A stretch of 64,000 nt of DNA. Source: Gammaproteobacteria bacterium. Lineage in GTDB: Bacteria > Pseudomonadota > Gammaproteobacteria > Ga0077536. The position numbers and the translations under genes are program-made. How positions within the stretch are numbered: position 1 is the first letter of the stretch; the number at the start of each line of letters is the position of its first letter. The stretch covers positions 52,692 through 116,691 of the forward strand of contig SHZJ01000002.1 of the NCBI GenBank assembly GCA_009692365.1. The letters run 5' to 3'. Below are positions 18,148-28,699 of this stretch, piece after piece. The notes under the pieces are model-generated. The model made no database searches, was not told the DNA's origin, and saw only the letters and a program-made list of their open reading frames with translations.

Positions 18148-20712
18148 ATGCAGCACCGCCCGCCCACCTGTTTTGAGTTTGAAATTCAGCCCGTGCTCCC
18201 AAGCTCGCTGGCGCGTCTGGGCGTGCTGGCCGACGACCTCTCCTACACCTGGGACCGGCGTATTCAAGACCTCTTTGCTAATCTTGACCGCGAACTCTGG
18301 AACGCATGTGGCCACAACCCCAAAATTTTTCTGCGCCGGGTCTCCCCCGAACGACTAGCCGCCGCGGCCTCCAGCCCGGTCTTTCTGCAGGATTACGAGG
18401 CCGTGCTATCGGCCTACGGTCGCTATCGACAGAAACCCGGCGATGCACGGGTCCTCAAGCATTTGAACCCCGAGCAGGATCTGGTGGCCTATTTCTGCGC
18501 CGAATATGGCCTGCACGAAAGCCTGCCGCTGTACGCCGGCGGCCTGGGCGTACTGGCCGGCGACCACTGCAAGGCGGCCAGCGATCTGCGGCTGCCGTTT
18601 GTGGCGGTGGGCTTGTTTTACCGCGCCGGCTATCTGCGACAGGAAATCGACGCGGAGGGTCGGCAGCGCATGCAATATCTGCCGGTGCAGGGCCAGGATC
18701 TGGCCTTTGCCGAGGCCTTGGACTCCGCCGGCGTACCGCTGCGTCTACACGTGGACCTGCTGGGGCGGCACGTCGCCATCCGCGCCTGGATCGGCCGCCT
18801 GGACGAACTACGACTCATCCTCCTCGACACCGACTTGGACACTAATTCTGCCGAGGACCGCCATATCACCCACGAGCTCTACGGTGGCGAAAAGGAGATG
18901 CGCATTGCCCAGGAGATTGTGCTGGGCATGGGCGGTGTGCGCGCGCTGCGGGCGCTGGGCCTCAGCCCCAGCGTGTGGCACATCAACGAAGGTCACGCAG
19001 CCTTCATGGTGCTGGAACGGCTGCGCGAATTAGTCAGGACGGGGGTCGATTTTGACAGCGCGCTAGAGGTGGTGGCCGCGGCCACGGTCTTCACCACCCA
19101 CACGCCCGTCCCGGCCGGTCACGATGTTTTCTCGCACGACCTCATGCGGCGCTATTTTCCCACGCTCATCGAAGATTTAGGCATCGGTGAACAAGGCATC
19201 TTTGCGTTGGGCGAGACCCCGCTCGACGTGGGCGGCTTCAACCAGACCTCGCTGGCCATCCGCGGTTCGCGCTTTCACAACGGGGTCAGCGCCGTCCACG
19301 GCACCGTGGCCTCGCGCAACGAATCCTTCATTTGGCCGGAAATCAGCCCGCCGGAAAATCCCATCTCCCATGTGACCAACGGTGTCCACACGCACACTTT
19401 TCTTGCCCCTTCGTGGATGCACCTGTTCGACCTGCGGTTTGGTCGTCAGTGGCGCAACGAACTGTGCAACACAGAATTCTGGCACCGCATCGACGAACTC
19501 CCCGACCACACCTGGTGGAGCGTGCGGCAACTACTGAAGCTCGACTTGATGGAGGACTTACGCGAGCGGCTGACCCGCCAGTACACCCGCTACGGGCTGG
19601 CCCCGGCCAATATCGCGCAACGCTTGCAGCGGCTATCGCCCGCCCACGACCCGCTGCTGGTCGGTTTTGCGCGGCGCTTCGCGACCTACAAACGCGCCAC
19701 GCTGCTGCTCACAGATCCAGAGCGTCTGGCGCGCCTGCTCGACGATGAGAATCGGCCCGTCATTTTGCTGTTTGCGGGCAAAGCGCATCCGCGTGATACC
19801 GGCGGCCAGGAACTGATCCGCGCGCTCCACGAATTCTCCCTGCAGCCGCGTTTCAGCGGCCGCTTATTTCTGATTGAAAACTACGACATCGCGCTGGCGC
19901 GGCGCTTGGTAACCGGCGTGGACATCTGGCTCAACAACCCCGAATACCCGCTGGAAGCCAGCGGCACCTCGGGCATGAAAGCCGCCATGAACGGGGCGGT
20001 GCATCTGTCGATCCTCGATGGCTGGTGGGCCGAAGGCTACACGGGGGATAACGGTTACGGCATCGCGCCGATGGGCCACCAGTTAGCCGAACAAGAACGG
20101 AACCGGCTAGAGGCCGAGGAAATCTGTCGGACTCTGTTCGAGGTCGCCAAGCCCTGCTATTTCGAGCGCGGTGGGCGGGGTTATTCAGAATCTTGGGTCC
20201 GCTTGGCCAAAGCCTCACAACGCACTGTGCTGCCGCGTTTCAACGCCGAGCGCCAAGTGCTCCAGTACACCGAGAATTTCTATGCGCCGGCGGCGCGCCA
20301 CGCCCGCTCGCTGGCAGCCAATGATTACGCTGCAGCGCGGGTGCTGGGCGCCTGGAAGCAGCGCGTGCGCGCGGCGTGGCCGGTGGTGACCCTCCGCCTG
20401 GTGGCAGGGCCACCGGCCGTCCTGTCCGCGGGAGGGGCGTTCAAGCTGACCGTCGCGGTGAGTCTGGCGCAGCTCCACGCCGAGGATGTAGAGCTTGAAT
20501 GCCAACTCGGCAATCTCGCCCCAGACGGCGAATTTAGGGTGCTGGAAAGCCATCGCCTAACGCCCATGGGCAGCGCGGAGGGGGCCGAAATATGCTACGG
20601 GCTGACGCTGCATCCGAAGCTCGCGGGCCTGGCAGCCCTGCGCTTGCGCGCCTTCCCGACCCATCCCGGCTTAGCCCATCGCTTCGAAATGGGCTGCATG
20701 CGCTGGCTGTAA
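18148..20712 (+). CDS. glgP: Alpha-glucan phosphorylase (GT35 family).
   Basis: The PLP-site motif EASGTSGMKAAMNGAVHLSILDGWW is present. The ATG at 18148 (MQHRPPTCFEF...) is preferred over the track's 18070 start. Confidence 0.85.
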   Translation: MQHRPPTCFEFEIQPVLPSSLARLGVLADDLSYTWDRRIQDLFANLDRELWNACGHNPKIFLRRVSPERLAAAASSPVFLQDYEAVLSAYGRYRQKPGDARVLKHLNPEQDLVAYFCAEYGLHESLPLYAGGLGVLAGDHCKAASDLRLPFVAVGLFYRAGYLRQEIDAEGRQRMQYLPVQGQDLAFAEALDSAGVPLRLHVDLLGRHVAIRAWIGRLDELRLILLDTDLDTNSAEDRHITHELYGGEKEMRIAQEIVLGMGGVRALRALGLSPSVWHINEGHAAFMVLERLRELVRTGVDFDSALEVVAAATVFTTHTPVPAGHDVFSHDLMRRYFPTLIEDLGIGEQGIFALGETPLDVGGFNQTSLAIRGSRFHNGVSAVHGTVASRNESFIWPEISPPENPISHVTNGVHTHTFLAPSWMHLFDLRFGRQWRNELCNTEFWHRIDELPDHTWWSVRQLLKLDLMEDLRERLTRQYTRYGLAPANIAQRLQRLSPAHDPLLVGFARRFATYKRATLLLTDPERLARLLDDENRPVILLFAGKAHPRDTGGQELIRALHEFSLQPRFSGRLFLIENYDIALARRLVTGVDIWLNNPEYPLEASGTSGMKAAMNGAVHLSILDGWWAEGYTGDNGYGIAPMGHQLAEQERNRLEAEEICRTLFEVAKPCYFERGGRGYSESWVRLAKASQRTVLPRFNAERQVLQYTENFYAPAARHARSLAANDYAAARVLGAWKQRVRAAWPVVTLRLVAGPPAVLSAGGAFKLTVAVSLAQLHAEDVELECQLGNLAPDGEFRVLESHRLTPMGSAEGAEICYGLTLHPKLAGLAALRLRAFPTHPGLAHRFEMGCMRWL

Positions 20713-20713
20713 G

Positions 20714-21991
20714 TCAGCGCACCAAATGCCGAGCCTGACCGAGCGACTCGGGGGTTACCAGCACTACCCCCTCGGGGCTCACATGGAAGTGCTTCGCATC
20801 GCGCTCGAGGTCGAAACCAATGCGCGTGTCGGCGGCGATGTCGCAGCCCCGGTCGATAATCGCCCGTCGAATACGACAACCGGCCGCGATCCGCACGTCT
20901 GGCATGACCACGCAGCCCTGAAGTTCGCTGCCTAGCTCAACCCGCACGTTGGAAAACAGCAGCGATTGCACCACGTGGGCGCCCGAAATAATGCAGCCAC
21001 CCGCCACCATGGAGTCCACCGCGTGGCCGCGCCGGCCATCATCGTTAAACACAAATTTCGCCGGCGGCACCTGCTCCTGGCAGGTCCAGATAGGCCAATC
21101 CCGGTCGTAGAGGTCCAGCGGCGGCGTGACCGCGAGCAACTCCATATTGGCGCGGTAATAGGCGTCGACGGTGCCTACATCGCGCCAGTAGGCCGTACCG
21201 TCATCGGCCGGGTTGTGAAAAGGATAGGCGACCACCCGATAGCGGCCGATCACCGCCGGGATGATGTCTTTGCCAAAATCATGGCTGGAGCGTGGAGTAT
21301 CGCGATCCTTGACCAGTTGTTCGTAGAGAAACTGGGTGTTGAAGACATAAATGCCCATGGACGCCAGCGCCACGTCACTGCGTCCCGGCAGCGTTTTGGG
21401 GTGCGGCGGTTTTTCGGCGAACTCGCGGACCCGGTAGCCGTCATCGATGGTCATCACCCCGAACGCCGAGGCCTCCTCCACCGGCACTTCAATGCAGCCG
21501 ATGGTCATGTCGGCCTGTTGCTCGTAATGGAAGGCGATCATCTGCCCGTAATCCATTTTGTAGACGTGGTCGCCCGCCAGCACCAGCACGTAGGTCGGGC
21601 CGTGGGCCCGCAGAATGTCGATGTTTTGGTAGACCGCGTCCGCCGTACCCGCGTACCACTCGTTGTCGATGCGCTGGGAGGCGGGGAGAACTTCGACAAA
21701 TTCGTCTAGCTCGCTGCGCAGAAAACCCCAACCCCGGTACAGATGGCGCAATAGCGAGTGCGCTTTGTACTGCGTCAGCACCCCAATGCGACGAACCCCT
21801 GAGTTGACGCAGTTGGACAGTGGAAAATCGATGATTCGAAACTTGCCACCGAAGGGCACGGCGGGCTTCGCACGCCAGCGGGTAAGCCCTTGCAGGCGAT
21901 CGCCGCGCCCGCCGGCCAGAATGAGCGCCAGCGTGTCGCGGGTAAGACGGCTGACATAACGCTTGTCGTTTGGCGTGTCCATGCGATTCAT
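20714..21991 (-). CDS. glgC: Glucose-1-phosphate adenylyltransferase.
   Basis: [43 protein letters not shown] is the GlgC signature. Confidence 0.92.
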   Translation of the reverse strand: MNRMDTPNDKRYVSRLTRDTLALILAGGRGDRLQGLTRWRAKPAVPFGGKFRIIDFPLSNCVNSGVRRIGVLTQYKAHSLLRHLYRGWGFLRSELDEFVEVLPASQRIDNEWYAGTADAVYQNIDILRAHGPTYVLVLAGDHVYKMDYGQMIAFHYEQQADMTIGCIEVPVEEASAFGVMTIDDGYRVREFAEKPPHPKTLPGRSDVALASMGIYVFNTQFLYEQLVKDRDTPRSSHDFGKDIIPAVIGRYRVVAYPFHNPADDGTAYWRDVGTVDAYYRANMELLAVTPPLDLYDRDWPIWTCQEQVPPAKFVFNDDGRRGHAVDSMVAGGCIISGAHVVQSLLFSNVRVELGSELQGCVVMPDVRIAAGCRIRRAIIDRGCDIAADTRIGFDLERDAKHFHVSPEGVVLVTPESLGQARHLVR

Positions 21992-22201
21992 CGGCAGCTA
22001 CTCGGGCGCGCCCCTGACACAGAACGCTGCGGGGGGACGGCGCAACTGATTAGGTCGCATTATTGCCTTAGCTGCGGCCTACAAGCCAAAGAAAAGGCCG
22101 CGGAGGACAAAAAGAAAACGCCGCGGAGGACAAAAAGAAAACGCCGCGCCGGCACCTGACTGCCGCCCGCGCGGCGAAGGCGAAGGGGGCGATGCCGTGC
22201 T

Positions 22202-22504
22202 TCAGGCGGCCCGCTGCAGCTCGCTTTGGGGCTGGGGGTCGGCGCTAGAGAGGGGCTGGGGCGCCGTGGCCCGTCGTTGGTCGAATTTCGGGGCCGCGAG
22301 CAAAATGCCCACCAGTTGCACTAGGCGGGCGATGGCGAGGGCCACGAGCGCGAGCACGAAGCTGGTGGTGAAAATCTGCAGCGCGACGGCCTCGGGCAGC
22401 CCGACAAAGCCCACCGAGGCTTCAACTAGGGCCAGCCCGCTGCCCGCGCCCGCGATGCCACCGATGGCATCGAGCGTGCGGAAAACAATTTTATGTGGGG
22501 TCAT
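22202..22504 (-). CDS. Small hypothetical membrane protein with two predicted transmembrane helices.
   Basis: 100 aa. Hydrophobic stretches GGIAGAGSGLALVEASVGFVGL and FTTSFVLALVALAIARLVQLVGILL. An AT-richer upstream region is consistent with a promoter. No family recognised. Confidence 0.4.
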   Translation of the reverse strand: MTPHKIVFRTLDAIGGIAGAGSGLALVEASVGFVGLPEAVALQIFTTSFVLALVALAIARLVQLVGILLAAPKFDQRRATAPQPLSSADPQPQSELQRAA

Positions 22505-23352
22505 TTATCTTTACTGTCGCATCGGGGTTCGAGAAGTCACTAGGAACTTTTGCGGTGGGCTTCGTACCACCCTGCGATATGCATACTAGGGGGCCAGAGC
22601 GAACAAACTGTGACGTGTTCCACAAAAACGCACGGCAAATCGAAGAATTAACAAATGTTCACATTTGCCGCCGAGAAACAGCGCCAAGAACGCCCTGGCG
22701 AGCCCTGACGCCATAGGGCGCACCACGGCCAGCCGCCTCCGGGCAGCCTTTTTGGCGCGCCATCGGCGTGCGAATGGGTGGCCGAGGCCACCCCAAATTG
22801 CGTCTGGGTAGCACCGCCCAACCGGGTCGCCGTGCCGCCGAGAGTCCGGCGGGAGAACCCAGCCGCCTGCCGGGCGGTGGGCCCAGCAGTGCTCACCGGC
22901 GGCAGGCGCAGGGCGCGGCGGCGCGGCTAGCCCGGCGCCGATCTGCAACGCCGGGGGAGGCCTACGAGCGCCCGCGCGCGCCCAAAAAATCCCCAATCCG
23001 CGCTCACCGGGTGGCTTTCAGGTCAACCCAAAACCGCCGCCCGCTGGCCGTCAGACCCAGCCCCAATCCGCCCTAATTGGGCGCGCCGCGCACGGCACCG
23101 GGCCGCGGCTATGGGCGCGGCGGCTGGCAGGTTGGGGGACACGGCGCAGGCGGCAGCAGCAGCCCGGGGCAACGGCAGCGGAGCGCAGGCCGGGCACGCT
23201 GGACTGGCCGCCAGGGCCGCGAGCAGCGGCGCCGGGGTGGGGCGCGCTGTCGCGCCGTGACGTCGCTGAACTGGGTGACAGGCTCGATTTAAATGGCCGT
23301 GAACGGGCCGCCGCGCGCGCCCGCTCACCCCCCAGCGCGCCCGGGGGACGTC

Positions 23353-24882
23353 TCAGCCTTGGCGTCGCCGCTCCTCGCGCTCGCGCCGTTTTGCACGGTC
23401 TTGGTCTAGTCGATTGAGGTCTCTTTCCAGCTCCTCCAGGCGGGCATCCAAGCGCAGGCGCTGATAGTGGGTTAGACCGGGCACTACCTGCCCCAAACGC
23501 AATTGCTCGGCGGCCAGCTCGATCTCGCCCAGGCCGCGGTAATACTCGGCGAGGTCGTAATGGGAGTTGGCCCGTTCGCCGAGGATGAGTTCGGCCTCCG
23601 CCAGCAGCTTATAGAACCGGGGTTCGCGCTGCTCGGTGCTCCCAAAACTGCGCAAGAGTTCTTTTGCCGCTAATCCGTTACGCGTGTGGATAAGCAGCGC
23701 GGCATAGCTATAGGCAGCGGCTCGACTCTTAGGGTCTAGCTCGTGCAACTTACGGTAGAGTTCTAAGGCGAGCCGGCGATTGCCGGCGCGTTCCTCGATG
23801 CGTGCCTCGGCCATCCGGAAGGCGGTGAGATTGGGATTCTCGCGCAGGAGTCCAGCCAGTTCGCGGCGCGCGCGCACGAATTCGCTGCCCTCGATCAGCG
23901 CCAGCACATAACCGTAGCGCGCCACGGCTTCGTTGGTGTAATTGCGGTCGCGCAACACGGCTTCGTAATAATTTCTGGCCTGCGCCGGGTCGGACATGCT
24001 CATCACATTGAGCTTCTGCCAGATGAGCAGAAAATCGTAACTGTCCTCGCGCACCACTTTGGAAGGCAAGCGTTCGGCGCGCTCGCGCGCCTCGGCGATC
24101 CGGTTGACGGTGACCGGGTGGGTCCGGAGAAATTCCGGGATCATGCGGGGGTCTGAGTAGCGGTTGGCGAGTTGCAGACGCTCAAAAAAATCGGCCATGG
24201 AGAGCGTACGAAAACCCGATTTGCTCAACAGCTCGATGCCGATACGGTCGGCCTCTTTCTCGTTGGCCCGTGTGAAATCGATTTGATACTGCTGCTGGGC
24301 AGCGGCCACCCCCGCGATCGCACCCAAGCCGGCCTGCGGCACGACCGCCGCCAGCACGATGGCCCCGATAAAGGCGGCCATCGTCGGAATGCTCATGTTT
24401 TTCGCCGCCTCGATCATCCGAGCACCATGCCGCTGGGTGAGATGGGAAATCTCATGGGCCAACACCGAGGCGACTTCGCTTTCGCTTTTGGAACCCAGAA
24501 TCAGCCCAGAATGCAGGCCGACATAGCCGCCCGGCACCGCGAAAGCATTGACCACGTCGCTTTGAATGACAAAAAAATGGAAATCGCCGTAGTAGTGACT
24601 CTTGTCGCCGAGCTCCATCCCGAGCTTCTGGATGTAGTCCTCTACTTCTTCATCGGTGATCACCGGCGCATAGCGGCGCAATTCGCGCATGGTCGCCAAG
24701 CCCAGCTGACTTTCCTGCTCGGGCGAAATAACCGCACCGGCGGAATCGCCAAAATCGGGCAGGTCTTCCAGCTCATCGGCCGGTGCGGCGGCAGCGCAGG
24801 TAAGCCCGAGCAGCGCGCCGAAAACCCTGCCACGCCAAGCCTGGCGCGGCCGCTGGACAGTAGGAAAATGGCTAAACATCAT
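23353..24882 (-). CDS. bepA: Periplasmic M48 metalloprotease with C-terminal TPR repeats, BepA/YfgC-like.
   Basis: Signal peptide. HEXXH motif HEISHLTQRH. C-terminal TPR-like repeats. ~500 aa. Confidence 0.75.
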   Translation of the reverse strand: MMFSHFPTVQRPRQAWRGRVFGALLGLTCAAAAPADELEDLPDFGDSAGAVISPEQESQLGLATMRELRRYAPVITDEEVEDYIQKLGMELGDKSHYYGDFHFFVIQSDVVNAFAVPGGYVGLHSGLILGSKSESEVASVLAHEISHLTQRHGARMIEAAKNMSIPTMAAFIGAIVLAAVVPQAGLGAIAGVAAAQQQYQIDFTRANEKEADRIGIELLSKSGFRTLSMADFFERLQLANRYSDPRMIPEFLRTHPVTVNRIAEARERAERLPSKVVREDSYDFLLIWQKLNVMSMSDPAQARNYYEAVLRDRNYTNEAVARYGYVLALIEGSEFVRARRELAGLLRENPNLTAFRMAEARIEERAGNRRLALELYRKLHELDPKSRAAAYSYAALLIHTRNGLAAKELLRSFGSTEQREPRFYKLLAEAELILGERANSHYDLAEYYRGLGEIELAAEQLRLGQVVPGLTHYQRLRLDARLEELERDLNRLDQDRAKRREREERRRQG

Positions 24883-25041
24883 AGGTGCCCGGATTCTAAC
24901 AGGGGAATTTAGCGGCCCGCGAGCGAGGGGTCTTGTACTGCGACCGCGTGCCGGGCGTTCAGTTCGCCGGGTCGGTCTTTCCCAGACCTTAACCCGCGCC
25001 TTAAGATGCGCACAGATTTGATTATTCCCACGGGGCCGCCC

Positions 25042-26307
25042 ATGAGCAGCAAAAATGCGTTTTACGCCCAGTCCGGCGGGGTGACCGCGGTCATCAACGC
25101 CTCTGCCTGCGGGTTAATCGAGACCGCACGCCAGCACCCGCAGCAGATCGGCCGGGTGCTGGCCGGCCGCAACGGCATTATCGGCGCGCTGACCGAGGAC
25201 CTCATCGATACCAGCCAGGAATCGCCCGCGGCGATCGCGGCCCTGCGCCACACCCCGGCGGGCGCTTTTGGCTCGTGTCGCTACAAGCTGAAAGACTTTG
25301 CAGAAAATCCCGCCGAGTACGCGCGCCTGATCGAGGTTTTCCGCGCCCACGATATTGGCTATTTTTTCTACAACGGGGGGGGGGACTCGGCCGACACCTG
25401 TCTGAAAGTCTCGCAACTCTCTGCCACCCTGGGCTACCCCGTGCAGGCAATTCACGTGCCCAAAACCGTGGACAACGACCTGCCGTTCACCGACGTCTGC
25501 CCGGGCTTTGGCTCGGTTGCCAAGTACGTCGCGGTGTCGGTGCGCGAAGCCAGCTTTGATGTGGCCTCGATGGCGAAAACCTCGACCAAGGTCTTTGTGC
25601 TGGAAGTCATGGGCCGCCATGCGGGCTGGATTGCCGCCGCCGGCGGTCTGGCCAGCGACGCCGGATGTCCGCTACCGCTCATCATTTTATTCCCGGAACT
25701 GCCCTTCGAACCCGCGCGCTTCCTGGCCCGGGTGAACGAGCTGGTGGCCGCCCACGGCTATTGTTCGGTGGTGGTGTCAGAGGGGGTAAAAAGCGCAGAC
25801 GGTCAGTTTCTGGCCGACCAAGGCCTGCGCGATGCCTTTGGCCACGCCCAACTGGGCGGCGTCGCACCGGTTATCGCCAATTTGATCCGGACCGAGCTGA
25901 AGCTCAAATACCACTGGGCGGTGGCGGACTATCTGCAGCGCGCGGCGCGCCATATCGCCGCCAAAACCGACGTTGATCAGGCCTATGCACTGGGTCGGGC
26001 AGCCGTTGAACTGGCGGTGGCGGGGCGTAATGCGGTGATGCCGATCATCGTGCGACACGCCGATGAGCCCTATACTTGGAGCGTTGGTGAGGTGGCCTTG
26101 GCGGACGTCGCTAATCAGGAGCGCAAGCTGCCTCGGGAGTTCCTTAGCGCAGATGGATTTGGTATTTCCGAAGCCGGGCGTCGTTACCTGCTGCCGCTGA
26201 TCCAGGGCGAAGACTACCCGCCTTATCACGCGGGTCTGCCCGCCTATGTCAGGCTGCGCAACCTCGGCGTACCACGCCGAACGGCAACAACGTTTGCACT
26301 CAGGTAG
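25042..26307 (+). CDS. pfp: Pyrophosphate-dependent 6-phosphofructokinase (PFK family, PPi type).
   Basis: MSSKNAFYAQSGGVTAVINASACG is the PFK N-terminal GG motif. The ~420-aa long form is typical of PPi-PFK. Its position directly upstream of a membrane pyrophosphatase supports the call. Confidence 0.75.
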   Translation: MSSKNAFYAQSGGVTAVINASACGLIETARQHPQQIGRVLAGRNGIIGALTEDLIDTSQESPAAIAALRHTPAGAFGSCRYKLKDFAENPAEYARLIEVFRAHDIGYFFYNGGGDSADTCLKVSQLSATLGYPVQAIHVPKTVDNDLPFTDVCPGFGSVAKYVAVSVREASFDVASMAKTSTKVFVLEVMGRHAGWIAAAGGLASDAGCPLPLIILFPELPFEPARFLARVNELVAAHGYCSVVVSEGVKSADGQFLADQGLRDAFGHAQLGGVAPVIANLIRTELKLKYHWAVADYLQRAARHIAAKTDVDQAYALGRAAVELAVAGRNAVMPIIVRHADEPYTWSVGEVALADVANQERKLPREFLSADGFGISEAGRRYLLPLIQGEDYPPYHAGLPAYVRLRNLGVPRRTATTFALR

Positions 26308-26483
26308 CGAGCCAGTAGAATCCCCCCCTTTAGCAGCGCCCCGGCCGGTGGTCGTGCCTCCCGTAACGGCTGTCCGATGCGCGAGCCGCAGCTAAAAAGA
26401 AGCTCGAAGACGGCCCATTGCTTTGGCGTCCGTCAGCCAGTGTCGGCACTGCCGGCATCCAACATCAAGAGAGGAAATTTATA

Positions 26484-28529
26484 ATGTCGGTGCATCTCAT
26501 CCTTGCATTGGGCTGCGCGCTCTTCGCAATTGCCTATGGGCTGTGGTCTCGCAGCTGGATCCTTAGCCAGCCGCAAGGCAACGAGCGCATGCGCGAAATC
26601 GCTGCAGCTATCCAGCAAGGGGCCTCGGCGTATCTCAATCGCCAATACCGGACCATCGCCATCGTTGGCGTCATCCTGACCACTATCATCGCCGTGTTTC
26701 TCGACCTCAACACCGCGCTCGGCTTTGTGCTCGGCGCAGTGCTCTCAGGTGCGGCGGGCTTTATCGGGATGAATATCTCCGTGCGGGCCAATTTACGCAC
26801 CGCCGAAGCTGCTCGGAACGGCCTCAACGCCGCCCTGCAGGTTGCCTTTCGCGGTGGCTCCATCACCGGCATGCTGGTGGTTGGTCTAGGGCTGATGGGC
26901 GTTACCGGTTACTACGCCTACCTCACCTCCATCACGCCCGTCGGGGAATCGGTGAACTTGCACCCGTTGGTGGGACTGGCGTTCGGTAGCTCGCTAATCT
27001 CCATTTTTGCCCGTCTGGGCGGTGGTATTTTCACCAAAGGTGCGGACGTTGGCGCCGACCTCGTGGGTAAAGTCGAAGCCGGCATTCCGGAGGATGACCC
27101 GCGCAACCCGGCCGTTATCGCCGACAACGTGGGTGACAACGTGGGCGACTGCGCTGGCATGGCCGCCGACCTGTTCGAAACCTACGCGGTAACCATCATC
27201 GCCACCATGCTCTTGGGCGACTTGGTGATGAAAAACGTGGGCGTGAACGCGGTGCTCTATCCATTGGTGCTGGGCGGGGTGTCCATCATCGCCTCGGTCG
27301 TCGGTTCGCTGTTCGTGAAAGCCTCCGATGGCGGCAAAATCATGAACGCCCTGTACCGCGGCCTCATCGTGGCGGGCGTGATCGCCGGGGCGGCTTTCTA
27401 TCCGGTCACCAACTGGATGTTCGGTGGCATTGAAGGCGTTTCGGTCATGAACATCTTTGGCTGCGCGCTCGTGGGCCTGGGCCTCACGGCAGCCTTGGTG
27501 TGGATCACCGAGTACTACACCGGCACAGAATTCAAGCCGGTACGGTATGTGGCCGCCGCCTCCGAAACGGGGCACGCCACCAATATCATTGCCGGCATCG
27601 CCGTGTCGATGAAATCTACCGCTTGGCCGGTGCTGTTCGTGTGCGTCGCCATCTGGGCGTCCTTTACCTTAAACGGACTATTTGGCATTGCGGTTGCGGC
27701 CACCTCCATGCTGTCCATGGCGGGCATCATCGTGGCGCTAGACGCCTACGGCCCGATTACCGACAACGCCGGCGGCATCGCTGAAATGGCGGAACTAGGC
27801 CCGGAAATCCGCAATATCACCGACCCGCTAGACGCCGTGGGGAACACCACCAAGGCCGTCACCAAGGGCTACGCCATTGGGTCTGCTGGTCTGGCGGCCC
27901 TCGTGCTGTTTGCCGACTTCACCCACAGCCTGGATGCGCAGGGCAAACTCGTGACCTTCGGTCTCGACCAGCCGGCGGTAATCATCGGCTTGTTCGTGGG
28001 CGGTCTCATCCCGTATCTCTTCGCCGCCATGGCGATGGAGGCGGTGGGTCGCGCAGCGGGTTCGGTGGTGGTGGAAGTGCGGCGTCAGTTTCGTGAGATC
28101 AAAGGGATCATGGAGGGTACGACCAAGCCGGATTACAGCCGCGCCGTCGACCTGCTGACCCAATCTGCGATCCGCGAAATGATCGTCCCCTCCATCCTGC
28201 CCGTGCTCACGCCAGTGGCGCTGGCTTACGTCATGCGTTTCGCGATGGGCCCTGAGGCTGCGCGGATGGCCCTCGGCGGGATGTTGATGGGCACTATCGT
28301 GACCGGCCTGTTTGTGGCCATCTCGATGTGCACCGGCGGCGGGGCATGGGATAACGCCAAAAAATACATTGAGGAAGGCCACCACGGCGGCAAGGGCTCT
28401 GACGCCCACAAAGCCGCGGTAACCGGCGACACCGTTGGCGATCCCTACAAGGACACCGCCGGCCCAGCCATCAATCCGCTGATCAAAATCATCAATATCG
28501 TGGCGCTGCTGTTGGTGCCACTGCTCTAA
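26484..28529 (+). CDS. hppA: Membrane-bound proton-translocating inorganic pyrophosphatase (H+-PPase).
   Basis: [19 protein letters not shown]. Conserved [18 protein letters not shown] and DNVGDNVGD motifs. About 16 TM segments. Strong RBS AGAGGAAAT. Confidence 0.92.
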   Translation: MSVHLILALGCALFAIAYGLWSRSWILSQPQGNERMREIAAAIQQGASAYLNRQYRTIAIVGVILTTIIAVFLDLNTALGFVLGAVLSGAAGFIGMNISVRANLRTAEAARNGLNAALQVAFRGGSITGMLVVGLGLMGVTGYYAYLTSITPVGESVNLHPLVGLAFGSSLISIFARLGGGIFTKGADVGADLVGKVEAGIPEDDPRNPAVIADNVGDNVGDCAGMAADLFETYAVTIIATMLLGDLVMKNVGVNAVLYPLVLGGVSIIASVVGSLFVKASDGGKIMNALYRGLIVAGVIAGAAFYPVTNWMFGGIEGVSVMNIFGCALVGLGLTAALVWITEYYTGTEFKPVRYVAAASETGHATNIIAGIAVSMKSTAWPVLFVCVAIWASFTLNGLFGIAVAATSMLSMAGIIVALDAYGPITDNAGGIAEMAELGPEIRNITDPLDAVGNTTKAVTKGYAIGSAGLAALVLFADFTHSLDAQGKLVTFGLDQPAVIIGLFVGGLIPYLFAAMAMEAVGRAAGSVVVEVRRQFREIKGIMEGTTKPDYSRAVDLLTQSAIREMIVPSILPVLTPVALAYVMRFAMGPEAARMALGGMLMGTIVTGLFVAISMCTGGGAWDNAKKYIEEGHHGGKGSDAHKAAVTGDTVGDPYKDTAGPAINPLIKIINIVALLLVPLL

Positions 28530-28567
28530 GCGTCCCGTGCTCAGCGCAAACCTTCAAAGCCCGGCCC

Positions 28568-28596
28568 TGTGCGGGGCTTTTTTTGCGTTACCCGTG
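28568..28596 (+). terminator. Rho-independent terminator downstream of hppA.
   Basis: GC-rich hairpin aaagcccggccctgtgcggggct followed by a run of 7 T. Confidence 0.7.
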
Positions 28597-28699
28597 CGAC
28601 CATTACCTAGGCGCGAGACGCCCAAAATGCTAGCGTCGCGCCACTACCGCGTAGCGGCTCACCCTCCCCTTCCGATGTTTCATTGAGGCAGAAAAACCT

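Noticed and set aside
20966-21709. Long antisense ORFs inside glgC, leuS (40014..40853 and 40980..41939), pilU/pilT (59808..60632 and 61122..61826), the RND pump (5045..5737 and 5472..6197) and pstC (48507..49085).
   Set aside because: These are the long shadow ORFs expected in about 66% GC DNA. Each lies wholly inside a well-supported conserved gene on the other strand and has a low-complexity translation.
22515-22540. tRNA-like T-arm string GGGTTCGAGAAG.
   Set aside because: No acceptor stem, anticodon arm or full cloverleaf can be drawn around it. No other tRNA-like T-loop (GGTTCGAATCC-type) was seen in the window.
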